DNA of 30,240 nucleotides from a virus (lineage: Duplodnaviria; Caudoviricetes), in the IMG/VR virus record IMGVR_UViG_3300012940_000080, positions 1-30,240 of that record; one strand, written 5' to 3'. Within the stretch, counting starts at the first letter, position 1, and each line of letters begins with the position of its first letter. The position numbers and the translations under genes were made by a program. The notes under the pieces were generated by a model. It worked only from the letters and a program-made list of their open reading frames with translations. It did no database searches and was not told the origin of the DNA. Of this stretch, positions 1 through 7,454 are shown piece after piece.

Positions 1-1
1 A

Positions 2-170
2 GCGTGCGGGCGTCAACGGCGCCCGGGCTAGCGAGGACCGGGGGGTCACGCCATTCCCCCAGCGATCGGACATGGGTCCTCGCAGTGCTGAGACCTCCGC
101 CGAAGGGTCGGGGCTGGCGGAACGAGCGGGGACCGAAGCCGCTGCTAGAACCCCTCCTGCGCCCGCACGC
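2..170 (+). ncRNA. Candidate structured RNA domain (multibranch, closed by an 11-bp helix)
   Basis: GCGTGCGGGCG (2-12) is the exact reverse complement of CGCCCGCACGC (160-170). Inner helices: GCGAGGACC 31-39/GGTCCTCGC 75-83, G-run 40-45/C-run 56-60, TCCGCC 96-101/GGCGGA 116-121, AGCGG 125-129/CCGCT 139-143. No credible CDS. May extend upstream of the window. Confidence 0.5.
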
Positions 171-176
171 CACTGA

Positions 177-311
177 CGGCTGATCGTTCAATGGACGGTC
201 TCGCTCACATCGGCTAGCGGTGGTGCACCACGGCAGCTAGCGACTTCCTGAGCAGGTCTAGGACACCCGCCATGGGGCAGGGAGATCCGGGTTCGAGTCC
301 CGGGAAGCCGA
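177..311 (+). ncRNA. Aberrant tRNA-like element (tRNA-Pro-like, TGG at anticodon position) with large D-loop insertion
   Basis: Perfect T-arm CCGGG-TTCGAGT-CCCGG (287-303). Acceptor CGGCT 177-181/AGCCG 306-310 followed by A311. T8 at 184, D-stem GTTC 186-189/GGAC 261-264, A14 and GG at 193-194. Canonical spacing to an anticodon arm at 266-282 that is only 3/5 paired. No encoded CCA. Confidence 0.6.
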
Positions 312-408
312 CGAACAACTGAATACCCGGAGCGTCCGAGGGGAAGCGGCGCCGGGCGGACTGGCCTCCCGCGGAGCGGGCCACCCTCAGAAGAGAGAAG
401 GAGAAGAC

Positions 409-600
409 GTGAGCAAGGTAGGACGAGGCCGCAGGTCGCCCGAAGAGCGGCTGGCCGCGCGCCAGCGCCGGGCCGAGGAGGCCACACCCAGCACGGTGTC
501 CCCGCGGGAGAAGCGAGCTCAGCAGCGGAAGCTCCTGAAGCAGCTCCGTGAGCACATGGCCGCAGCGCGCAAGGGCGAGACCGGTGACTCAGTCGACTGA
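409..600 (+). CDS. Small basic hypothetical protein (63 aa)
   Basis: GTG start after purine-rich RBS AGAGAAGGAGAAG; Arg/Lys-rich; phage-like codon usage. Confidence 0.7.
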   Translation: MSKVGRGRRSPEERLAARQRRAEEATPSTVSPREKRAQQRKLLKQLREHMAAARKGETGDSVD

Positions 601-946
601 GCTCCCGGTGGTCGTCGAGGAGTCCGGCCCGGCCGCGTACCTCGGTACAGACACACGACCGATCGTCATCGGCCCCGTCACCACGGTCCCCCTGCTCGAG
701 CTCGAGGCCCCGAAGAAGAGGCGCGTGCGGCCCAAGCACCTGGGCCCCCTCCTGAAGGTGAACCGCGACCCTGAGGACATGCAGCCCCGTCCGGTCGCAG
801 CGTCGGCGCACCTCGGCAACGTGGACACCCCGCTCGCGTGGGGTGTCGACCCAGTGCAGAAGAGGCTCGCCTACGTGGCGGGCTTCGTCGCTGTGAACGC
901 GGTGGCGTTCGCCGCGTGGGCGTGGCTCTTCATGGGGACGCTGTGA
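584..946 (+). CDS. Hypothetical membrane protein (C-terminal TM helix)
   Basis: ORF 548..946, probable GTG start at 584; hydrophobic C-terminus LAYVAGFVAVNAVAFAAWAWLF; stop overlaps the next start (GTGA). Confidence 0.65.
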   Translation: MTQSTELPVVVEESGPAAYLGTDTRPIVIGPVTTVPLLELEAPKKRRVRPKHLGPLLKVNRDPEDMQPRPVAASAHLGNVDTPLAWGVDPVQKRLAYVAGFVAVNAVAFAAWAWLFMGTL

Positions 947-1290
947 AGCCACCGTCCATCTCCCTGCTCACGGTCGAGATCACACGGCCGAGGGACACGC
1001 CGTCCGGCCCAGAGAGGCTCACGCTCACCGAGGAGCAGCTCGCCGCTCTCCAAGCGTGCATCGACTGGAAGAACGAGCGGCTCCGGGCGCGGCCCGACGA
1101 CGTCAAGTCGAAGCACGCCTACGCAGAGGTCTTCACGACACCCGACGGGTACCACAAGGTGCGCGTCGGCGGTGTGTGGTACTACGACATCAAGAACTGG
1201 TGCATCATCTACGAGGACTTCAAGAGGCGCCTCGGGATGGAGTACCGCGACCTGGAGGGAGAAGGGCTGTGGAAGTCGTCTTCGCAGTGA
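943..1290 (+). CDS. Hypothetical protein
   Basis: GTGA-coupled start at 943 within ORF 838..1290; typical GC3-rich codons. Confidence 0.7.
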   Translation: MKPPSISLLTVEITRPRDTPSGPERLTLTEEQLAALQACIDWKNERLRARPDDVKSKHAYAEVFTTPDGYHKVRVGGVWYYDIKNWCIIYEDFKRRLGMEYRDLEGEGLWKSSSQ

Positions 1291-1532
1291 TCGCAGTCGG
1301 CGCCGTGGTGCTGGTCGCCGTGTCGTTCCCCGGAGTGCTCCGAGAGCACCGAGAGTGGAAGAAGCGGGAGCAGACTCGCGCAGCGATGCGGAAGCTGGCA
1401 GCGACCGCCGCCGAGTGCGGTGTCGCCCTGACCGCGCTCGGCCAGACCGCTCTTCGCGCTGCCGCTGAAGTGGAGCGCCTCGGCGCTGCGCTCGCCGTCG
1501 CACAGAAAGTTGACACGGGTCGTCAGACCTGA
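1269..1532 (+). CDS. Hypothetical membrane protein (N-terminal TM, helical tail)
   Basis: GTG at 1269 after GGAGGGAG; VVFAVIAVGAVVLVAVSF hydrophobic segment. Confidence 0.65.
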   Translation: MEVVFAVIAVGAVVLVAVSFPGVLREHREWKKREQTRAAMRKLAATAAECGVALTALGQTALRAAAEVERLGAALAVAQKVDTGRQT

Positions 1533-1566
1533 TAGGTTCGTCACGTGGGGAAGTGCCCCACGACGA
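1506..1566 (+). promoter_or_regulatory. SigA-like promoter plus 5' hairpin (copy 1)
   Basis: AAAG-TTGACA (1510-1515), 17-nt spacer, TGa-TAGGTT (1533-1538); hairpin CGTGGGG-AAGTG-CCCCACG 1544-1562. Confidence 0.75.
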
Positions 1567-1585
1567 AAGAGGAAGGAGCCTTCAC

Positions 1586-2908
1586 TTGAAGCTCAAGCAC
1601 ATCGGGGCGGCTGTCGCCACCCTCGCTCTCGCGGTCGGGGGCGCCATCGCGGTCCCGCTGTCCGCGAGCGCACACACCCCGGCGGTCTCGGACACCTGCG
1701 AGGCGCTGACCATCAGCGCGCAGTGGTACGAGACCCGGCCCGGCCAGGACGCTGTCACCGAGCAGCGCCTCGTGTCGGAGGCGTACGACGAGACGATCGT
1801 CGTCACGCCCGCTCAGGACGCGGTCTACAAGACCGAGTACGAGTTCGTGCACAAGTTCGACATCTTCCACCTGAACCCCAAGTGGAAGGACGACCCGAAC
1901 TGGAACGCCGAGGGCAACCCCCAGAGCACGGGCTGGATCGCCACCGGGAACACGCGTCAGACGCTCGTCAGCCCCGCGGTCCCCGCGGTCACGGAGGTCG
2001 TGCACCACGACGCCGTGTACGAGACCGTCGAGGTCACGCCCGCGGTGCCGGCCGACCCGACGCCCAACACGGTCGTCGTGACCGTGAACGGTGCCGAGGT
2101 GCTCAACGAGTCGTTCGGCACGACGTTCTCGGACACCGTCAGCTTCGACAACAAGTACGTCGCGAACGACTGGACCGTCGTCATCACCGCGTGGAACGAC
2201 CCGGACGGCTCGAAGGGCTGGACGAAGACGTTCTCCGGGACGTCGACTCCGTGTGAGATCCCCGTCGTGGGTCCGAACCACGGTGCGACGATCTCTGCTA
2301 CGTGCGGCGCCGCGACCGTCACGCTGACCAACGAGGAGGCCGAGTACGAGGACAACCTCACGGCGTCCTTCACGGTCTGGGTCGACGGCGAGTTCTACGG
2401 CGCCTACGCGGTCATCGGCGGTGCCACCGAGGAGGTCGACCTGACCTTCGCGGAGGACAGCGGCGACCACACGGTCGTCGTCCGAGCCGGTGACGCACAG
2501 GGCGGCGGCGTGATCGCCGAGGCGACCGTCGAGTCCGACTGCATCCCGGCTCAGCCGGAGGACCAGGTCGTGACGACCGAGTGGACCGACGGTGAGTACG
2601 AGTGCGGTGACACCACGGTCGAGCAGACGCGCGAGGTCACCACGACCCCGTACGTCCTCGTCGAGGGTGAGTGGGTGCTCGACACCGAGAACGCCGTCAC
2701 GGTCGAGGAGACGCAGACGCGTGACCTGACCGAGGCGGAGATCGAGGCGCTCGACTGCCCGGTCCCGACCCCGCCGGCGACGCCCGTGAACACGGACAAG
2801 CTCGCGTACACCGGAGCGGACGCCACGCCGTGGCTCCTCACCGCCCTGGGGCTCCTGCTCCTCGGCACCCTGAGCATCGCGGTCCCCGCGGTCGCTCGCC
2901 GCAAGTAA
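1586..2908 (+). CDS. Secreted, sortase-anchored (LAYTG) cell-surface protein
   Basis: Probable TTG start at 1586 after GGAAGGAG; Sec signal peptide ending ASA|H; acidic Thr/Val-rich body; C-terminal Pro linker, LAYTG, TM helix, RRK tail. Confidence 0.85.
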   Translation: MKLKHIGAAVATLALAVGGAIAVPLSASAHTPAVSDTCEALTISAQWYETRPGQDAVTEQRLVSEAYDETIVVTPAQDAVYKTEYEFVHKFDIFHLNPKWKDDPNWNAEGNPQSTGWIATGNTRQTLVSPAVPAVTEVVHHDAVYETVEVTPAVPADPTPNTVVVTVNGAEVLNESFGTTFSDTVSFDNKYVANDWTVVITAWNDPDGSKGWTKTFSGTSTPCEIPVVGPNHGATISATCGAATVTLTNEEAEYEDNLTASFTVWVDGEFYGAYAVIGGATEEVDLTFAEDSGDHTVVVRAGDAQGGGVIAEATVESDCIPAQPEDQVVTTEWTDGEYECGDTTVEQTREVTTTPYVLVEGEWVLDTENAVTVEETQTRDLTEAEIEALDCPVPTPPATPVNTDKLAYTGADATPWLLTALGLLLLGTLSIAVPAVARRK

Positions 2909-2914
2909 CCAACT

Positions 2915-2951
2915 GAGCGGCCCGTCGTGCACAGAGCGCGGCGGGCCGCTC
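2915..2951 (+). terminator. Putative terminator hairpin
   Basis: GAGCGGCCCGTCGTGC-ACAGA-GCGCGGCGGGCCGCTC directly after the stop codon; weak U tail. Confidence 0.6.
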
Positions 2952-2972
2952 CTTCACGTATAGGAGAGACCC

Positions 2973-3479
2973 ATGGCCGACCTCATCAACCACCCGCCGC
3001 ACTACACGTCCAACCCGTTCGGGCTCGAGACGATCGAGATCACTCGGCACTACAACTTCGACATCGGCAACGCGCTCAAGTACATCCTCCGGGCCGGGAG
3101 GAAGGGCCTCGGCGACTGGGCGGGCAAGGAGCTCACGCCGGTGGACGCGGCGGCCGCCAAGGTGGCTGATCTGCGGAAGGCCATCTGGTACCTGGAAGAC
3201 GAGATCCGAGCGACCCGTGACCAGTTCGCCGGCTACGACCTTGACGACGTCTACGGGGAGGACCAGCACGACGTGGAGCCGCTCCTCGACGGCGAGGCCG
3301 AGGCGATCCGCGCGTTCGTGCGGTCCTTCCCCGGCATGTTCGCTGAACACCCGGCCGAGGTCAAGCTCGGCAAGCATCGGGAGGTCCCCGTCCACTACGA
3401 CGACCGGCCCTGCGAGTGCGACATCTGCGTGCCGGTCGCCGAGTCGTACGAGAAAGTTGACACAGGTCCGCAGTCCTGA
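2973..3479 (+). CDS. DUF3310-family phage protein
   Basis: INHPPHY...ETIEI...NFDIGNALKYILRAGRKG...DLRKAIWYL signature; RBS AGGAGAG. Confidence 0.85.
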   Translation: MADLINHPPHYTSNPFGLETIEITRHYNFDIGNALKYILRAGRKGLGDWAGKELTPVDAAAAKVADLRKAIWYLEDEIRATRDQFAGYDLDDVYGEDQHDVEPLLDGEAEAIRAFVRSFPGMFAEHPAEVKLGKHREVPVHYDDRPCECDICVPVAESYEKVDTGPQS

Positions 3480-3526
3480 TACGATAGTCTCATCGGGTGG
3501 AGGTACCACCCCAGAGAAGGATGAAG
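3453..3526 (+). promoter_or_regulatory. SigA-like promoter plus 5' hairpin (copy 2)
   Basis: AAAG-TTGACA (3457-3462), 17-nt spacer, TGa-TACGAT (3480-3485); hairpin GGGTGG-AGGTA-CCACCC 3495-3511; leader AGAGAAGGATGAAG. Confidence 0.8.
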
Positions 3527-3529
3527 ATC

Positions 3530-4129
3530 ATGGACACCACCGCTCAGATCGCTGAGGCCGAGGCCAAGCTGGCCGAGCTCAAGGCCCAGGCCCGCAAGGA
3601 AGCCGCCGAGAAGCGCGCCGCCCAGCGCGAGGCCGCGACGACCGGCCCCGGCGAGGGACTCAACTTCGTCGCCCTCGACGGATCCACTCACCGCCGCGCC
3701 TACCTCCGCGCCGGGGACATCACCGTGCAGGTGATCCTCGCGAAGAACTCGTGGGAGCGCACCGAGCAGAAGAAGGCTCGCGTGTCGGTCTCCGGCGAGG
3801 TCGACGTCGACTTCACCGCCGCGTACGAGGCGGACCGCGCGGACGGCGGGCCCAAGCCCCGCGGCGAGCGGCCCGAGGTCGACAAGATGTTTGACCGCCT
3901 CAACCGCCAGGTGATCGCCAACAAGCGCGACGTCGTCAGCGAGGCTGTCGCATCCCTGCCCGAGCTCGCCACCCTGCTGGACGGCATCAAGCTCCACTTC
4001 TCCCGCACGGCCGGCTGCGCCTGCGGCTGCTCGCCGGCCTTCGTCGCCTCGCAGCACATCCGGGTCTCGGTCGACGGCCGCACCCGCAACGTGACCGACA
4101 TCTTCGTCTCGCGTGAGGTGGCGAAGTGA
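3530..4129 (+). CDS. Hypothetical protein with N-terminal coiled coil and FSRTAGCACGCSPAF cysteine motif
   Basis: ATG at 3530 after AGAAGGATGAAG, inside ORF 3497..4129. Confidence 0.8.
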   Translation: MDTTAQIAEAEAKLAELKAQARKEAAEKRAAQREAATTGPGEGLNFVALDGSTHRRAYLRAGDITVQVILAKNSWERTEQKKARVSVSGEVDVDFTAAYEADRADGGPKPRGERPEVDKMFDRLNRQVIANKRDVVSEAVASLPELATLLDGIKLHFSRTAGCACGCSPAFVASQHIRVSVDGRTRNVTDIFVSREVAK

Positions 4130-4191
4130 GCATCGCGAAGCAGGAGACCAAGCGCCGCAAGGAGATCCGCAAGATCAAGTACGGCAAGTAG
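4126..4191 (+). CDS. 21-aa basic peptide (MSIAKQETKRRKEIRKIKYGK)
   Basis: GTGA overlap with the upstream stop, RBS GAGGTGG, typical codons, ends just before a terminator. Confidence 0.55.
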   Translation: MSIAKQETKRRKEIRKIKYGK

Positions 4192-4203
4192 GATCCACAC
4201 TGC

Positions 4204-4233
4204 GAGAGACCCCGCTGGGAGGCGGGGTCTCTC
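4204..4233 (+). terminator. Terminator hairpin
   Basis: GAGAGACCCCGC-TGGGAG-GCGGGGTCTCTC, a 12-bp perfect stem. Confidence 0.75.
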
Positions 4234-4235
4234 CG

Positions 4236-4246
4236 TGTTGTAGGAT
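4236..4246 (+). promoter_or_regulatory. Candidate late promoter TGTTG-TAGGAT
   Basis: Same motif recurs at 8702 and 20781, each time upstream of a structural module. Confidence 0.5.
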
Positions 4247-4286
4247 GGCCTCGCTAGCAACCATCCGGATGAGAGGAGGACCCGTC

Positions 4287-4481
4287 ATGGCTGTGACCAC
4301 GGTCCGCAGCGGAGCCCCGGCGCGAGGCGCCGTGACCCCGATCCAGAAGCCCACGTCGCGCGGCGTGATCGACCAGGGCGACCTCGCCCTGTTCGTGCGC
4401 CGCGAGAACTTCCGCCCCGAGCGGAAGGTCACCCGGCCGGGCGAGCAGAGCAGCTACGGCCTCGGCACGCGAGTGCAGTGA
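4287..4481 (+). CDS. Small hypothetical protein upstream of terminase (64 aa)
   Basis: ATG at 4287 after GAGGAGGA; GTGA-coupled to terminase. Confidence 0.7.
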   Translation: MAVTTVRSGAPARGAVTPIQKPTSRGVIDQGDLALFVRRENFRPERKVTRPGEQSSYGLGTRVQ

Positions 4482-5971
4482 CCATCGCTCATGACCTCCC
4501 CCTCGCTCAGGACGAGGGGGAGGTCTACCTCGACCAGTGGGCGCTCTTCGACGAAGTGGGCTTCGACGCTCACCCCGGCCAGGTACCGATCCTCGCTGAC
4601 GAGCACCGCTTCCAGGTCGCGTCCTGCGGCCGCCGCTTCGGTAAGTCCGAGCTGGGCGGCCACAAGCTCCTGCCCGAAGCGTTCCTCACCTACACGATGC
4701 AGAACGAGCTGCTCGACCGGAGGAAGCGCCGCGAGTTCTGGATCACCGGGCCCAACTACTCGGACAGTGAGAAGGAGTTCCGCGTCCTCTACAACCAGCT
4801 CAAGAAGCTGGACGTGCCCTTCGACAGACCCGGCACCTACAACGACCCCATCGGCGGGAACATGCACATCTCGCTGTGGGACGGTACCTTCCAGGTGCAC
4901 GGCAAGTCAGCCGCCCACCCCGAGAGTCTCGTCGGTGAGGGCCTGCACGGCATGATCGTCGCGGAGGCGGCGAAGGTCCGTGAGCGCGTGTGGATCAAGT
5001 ACCTCCGCCCGACACTCAACGACTTCAAGGGCTGGGCGTTCCTCAGCTCCACTCCCGAGGGCAAGAACTGGTTCTACGAGAGCTGGCGGCGCGGGCAGGA
5101 CCCCAAGCAGAGGGCCTGGATGTCGTGGCGCAAGCCGTCGTGGGAGAACCCGCACGTGTACCCCCTAGGCGCGACTCCTGCGGGTCTACAGGCCATCCGG
5201 AGGATGATCGACGAGCGCCAGATGGTGGACGACGAGATCGCTGCGTCGCTCGGAGTCGACCCCGAGGTCGCCCAGCTGATGATGGACATGACCCAGGAGG
5301 CGTTCAACCAAGAGATCGGCGCCGACTTCACGGAGTTCGTCGGGCGCGTCTTCAAGGACTTCGACGAGGAGGTCCACGTCACCGACCTCCAGTTCAACCC
5401 ACAGTGGGAGACGTACGCCGCAGTCGACTACGGCTTCACGAACCCGAACGTGTGGCTCCTCCTGCAGGTCGACCCGCACGGCGAGCACATCAACGTGCTC
5501 GACGAGGTCTACGAGCCGGGACTCGGGCCCGACCAGTTCGCTGACGAGATCATCCGTCGCGGGCTCGCACCGAGCGGACTCCGCGCGTTCTACCCGGACC
5601 CGGCGTCCCCGGGTGACACCAACGTCCTCACGCGCAAGCTGCGAGTCTCTGCCCGGCCGCACACGGGCGGCGAGCTCAAGTACCGGCTCGACGCGATCCG
5701 CAAGGCGCTCAAGCCGATCGCCAACCGTGGCCCGAACGAGCGACCTCGGATACTATTCGACCGTAAGTGCACACACACCATCTCCGACTTCCTCAACTAC
5801 CGGTACCCGGACACGAAGACGGAGCAGGACAAGAACGCACCGGAGAACCCCGTGAAGAAGGACGACCACGCGCCAGAGGCGCTCGGCCGGTTCTTCGCCG
5901 GACACTTCGGCACTGTCGAGCAGGTGCAGCAGCGAGCACGCTCGCGACAGGCCACTATCGCGAGGAGATGA
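4478..5971 (+). CDS. terL: Terminase large subunit
   Basis: Walker A GRRFGKS, Walker B-like MIVAEAA, coupling motif SSTPEG, FNQEI, nuclease AVDYG and KDDHAPEAL. Confidence 0.95.
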   Translation: MTIAHDLPLAQDEGEVYLDQWALFDEVGFDAHPGQVPILADEHRFQVASCGRRFGKSELGGHKLLPEAFLTYTMQNELLDRRKRREFWITGPNYSDSEKEFRVLYNQLKKLDVPFDRPGTYNDPIGGNMHISLWDGTFQVHGKSAAHPESLVGEGLHGMIVAEAAKVRERVWIKYLRPTLNDFKGWAFLSSTPEGKNWFYESWRRGQDPKQRAWMSWRKPSWENPHVYPLGATPAGLQAIRRMIDERQMVDDEIAASLGVDPEVAQLMMDMTQEAFNQEIGADFTEFVGRVFKDFDEEVHVTDLQFNPQWETYAAVDYGFTNPNVWLLLQVDPHGEHINVLDEVYEPGLGPDQFADEIIRRGLAPSGLRAFYPDPASPGDTNVLTRKLRVSARPHTGGELKYRLDAIRKALKPIANRGPNERPRILFDRKCTHTISDFLNYRYPDTKTEQDKNAPENPVKKDDHAPEALGRFFAGHFGTVEQVQQRARSRQATIARR

Positions 5972-5972
5972 C

Positions 5973-7454
5973 ATGGCCGACTTCACGCCGTACAGCACCA
6001 CGAGCCCGTGGACGCAGGGCCTCCTGCCGAAGTGGATGAGCCCGGAGGACGCGGAGCGCATCGCCGCGTACCAGCTGTACGAGGAGATCTACTGGGGCGC
6101 ACCGGGCGCGTTCGAGCTCACCCAGAAGGGCTCGGACGAGGACCCGATCTACGTCCCTGCCGCGCGGACGATCATCGAGGCGACGAACCGCTTCCTGGCC
6201 GTCGACTGGTCGTACTTCGTGGACCCGAAGCTGGGCACGCCGGAGGAGCGCACCGCGCTCGACACCGCGTTCCTCAACCTCTTCCGCCGCGAGACGATGT
6301 GGGCGAAGTTCGCCACGCAGAAGCGGTACGGCCTCATCCGCGGCGACGCGCTGTGGCACATCACGGCCGACGAGACCAAGGCGCCCGGGAGCCGCATTAG
6401 CATCCACGAGCTCGACCCCGCGTCGTACTTCCCCATCTACGACGACAGCAACATCGACCGGATCATCGGCTGCCACATCGTGGACGTCACCGAGTGGGAC
6501 GGGAAGGAGATGATCCGCCGCCAGACGTACCGGAAGGACTTCGAGCGCGGCGTCATCACCTCCGAGGAGGCCATCTACGAGCTCGCCGGGTGGGACGACC
6601 GCTACGGCGCGAAGCCGGAGGACATCAAGCGGGTCACCGTGACGATCCCCCTGCACGACCTCCCGCCGCAGATCACGCAACTCCCCGTGTACCACATCAA
6701 GAACATCCGCAACCCCGCGGACCCGTTCGGCTCGTCGCAGCTCCGAGGCATCGAGCGGCTCGCAGCGGCGGTCAACCAGACCATCACGGACCAGGACCTC
6801 GCCGTCGCGCTCGCCGGCCTCGGCGTGTACGTCACCGACAGCGCCGCACCGCGGAACGAAGACGGCGAAGAGGTCAACTGGATCATCGGCCCCGGGCGCG
6901 TGATCGAGCTGGGCGCTCCCGGGAATAAGTGGGACCGCGTCCAGGGCATCACCACTGTTCAGCCGAGCCTCGACCACGCGGGCTACCTCGAGGCGAAGAT
7001 GCGGGAGGGCGCGGGCGTCCCGGCCATCGCCACCGGCGACGTCGACGTGCAGGCAGCGGAGTCCGGTATCGCACTCTTCCTCCGGCTCGCGCCGCTCCTC
7101 GCCGCGAACGCGGAGAAGGAGACGGAGATGCTGGGCACGTACGATCAGATGTTCTACGACCTCAGCACGATGTGGTTCCCCGCGTACGAGCAGATGGACT
7201 TCGGCGCAGCCCGAGTCTCTGCTCAGGTCGGCGACCCGATGCCGGAGAACCGCCAGGCGAAGATCGACGAGGTCATCAAGATCTACGGCGCCGGGATCAT
7301 CACGCTGGAGATGGCCCAGGCCGAGCTTGCGAAGCTCGGGTACGAGTTCCCGACCGACGGCGCCGAGGCCGTGCTCAGCCAGCAGGCCCGCATCGCCTCG
7401 ATGGTCGACCCCTACGCCAACCGCGTGCGCGTCGAGCTCGAGGACCAGGAGTGA
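5973..7454 (+). CDS. Portal protein
   Basis: 493 aa directly after terminase; SPP1-like portal features (PFGSSQL, ESGIALFLRLAPL). Confidence 0.9.
   Translation: MADFTPYSTTSPWTQGLLPKWMSPEDAERIAAYQLYEEIYWGAPGAFELTQKGSDEDPIYVPAARTIIEATNRFLAVDWSYFVDPKLGTPEERTALDTAFLNLFRRETMWAKFATQKRYGLIRGDALWHITADETKAPGSRISIHELDPASYFPIYDDSNIDRIIGCHIVDVTEWDGKEMIRRQTYRKDFERGVITSEEAIYELAGWDDRYGAKPEDIKRVTVTIPLHDLPPQITQLPVYHIKNIRNPADPFGSSQLRGIERLAAAVNQTITDQDLAVALAGLGVYVTDSAAPRNEDGEEVNWIIGPGRVIELGAPGNKWDRVQGITTVQPSLDHAGYLEAKMREGAGVPAIATGDVDVQAAESGIALFLRLAPLLAANAEKETEMLGTYDQMFYDLSTMWFPAYEQMDFGAARVSAQVGDPMPENRQAKIDEVIKIYGAGIITLEMAQAELAKLGYEFPTDGAEAVLSQQARIASMVDPYANRVRVELEDQE

Noticed and set aside
241-311. Compact normal tRNA using CGACTTC (241-247) as acceptor 5' strand
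   Set aside because: Pairs 6/7 with 304-310, but there is no T8 and no D-stem (GAGC/GGAC), so it is not called a functional tRNA. It remains a possible alternative fold.
329-356. SRP RNA helix-8-like TCC-GAGG-GGA-AGCGGC
   Set aside because: The 5' CAGG strand and GNRA loop are missing; the match is too short to support.
4-390. Group II intron (GTGCG start) or tmRNA
   Set aside because: No recognisable domain V, no reverse transcriptase, no Ala G3-U70 acceptor and no tag-peptide frame.
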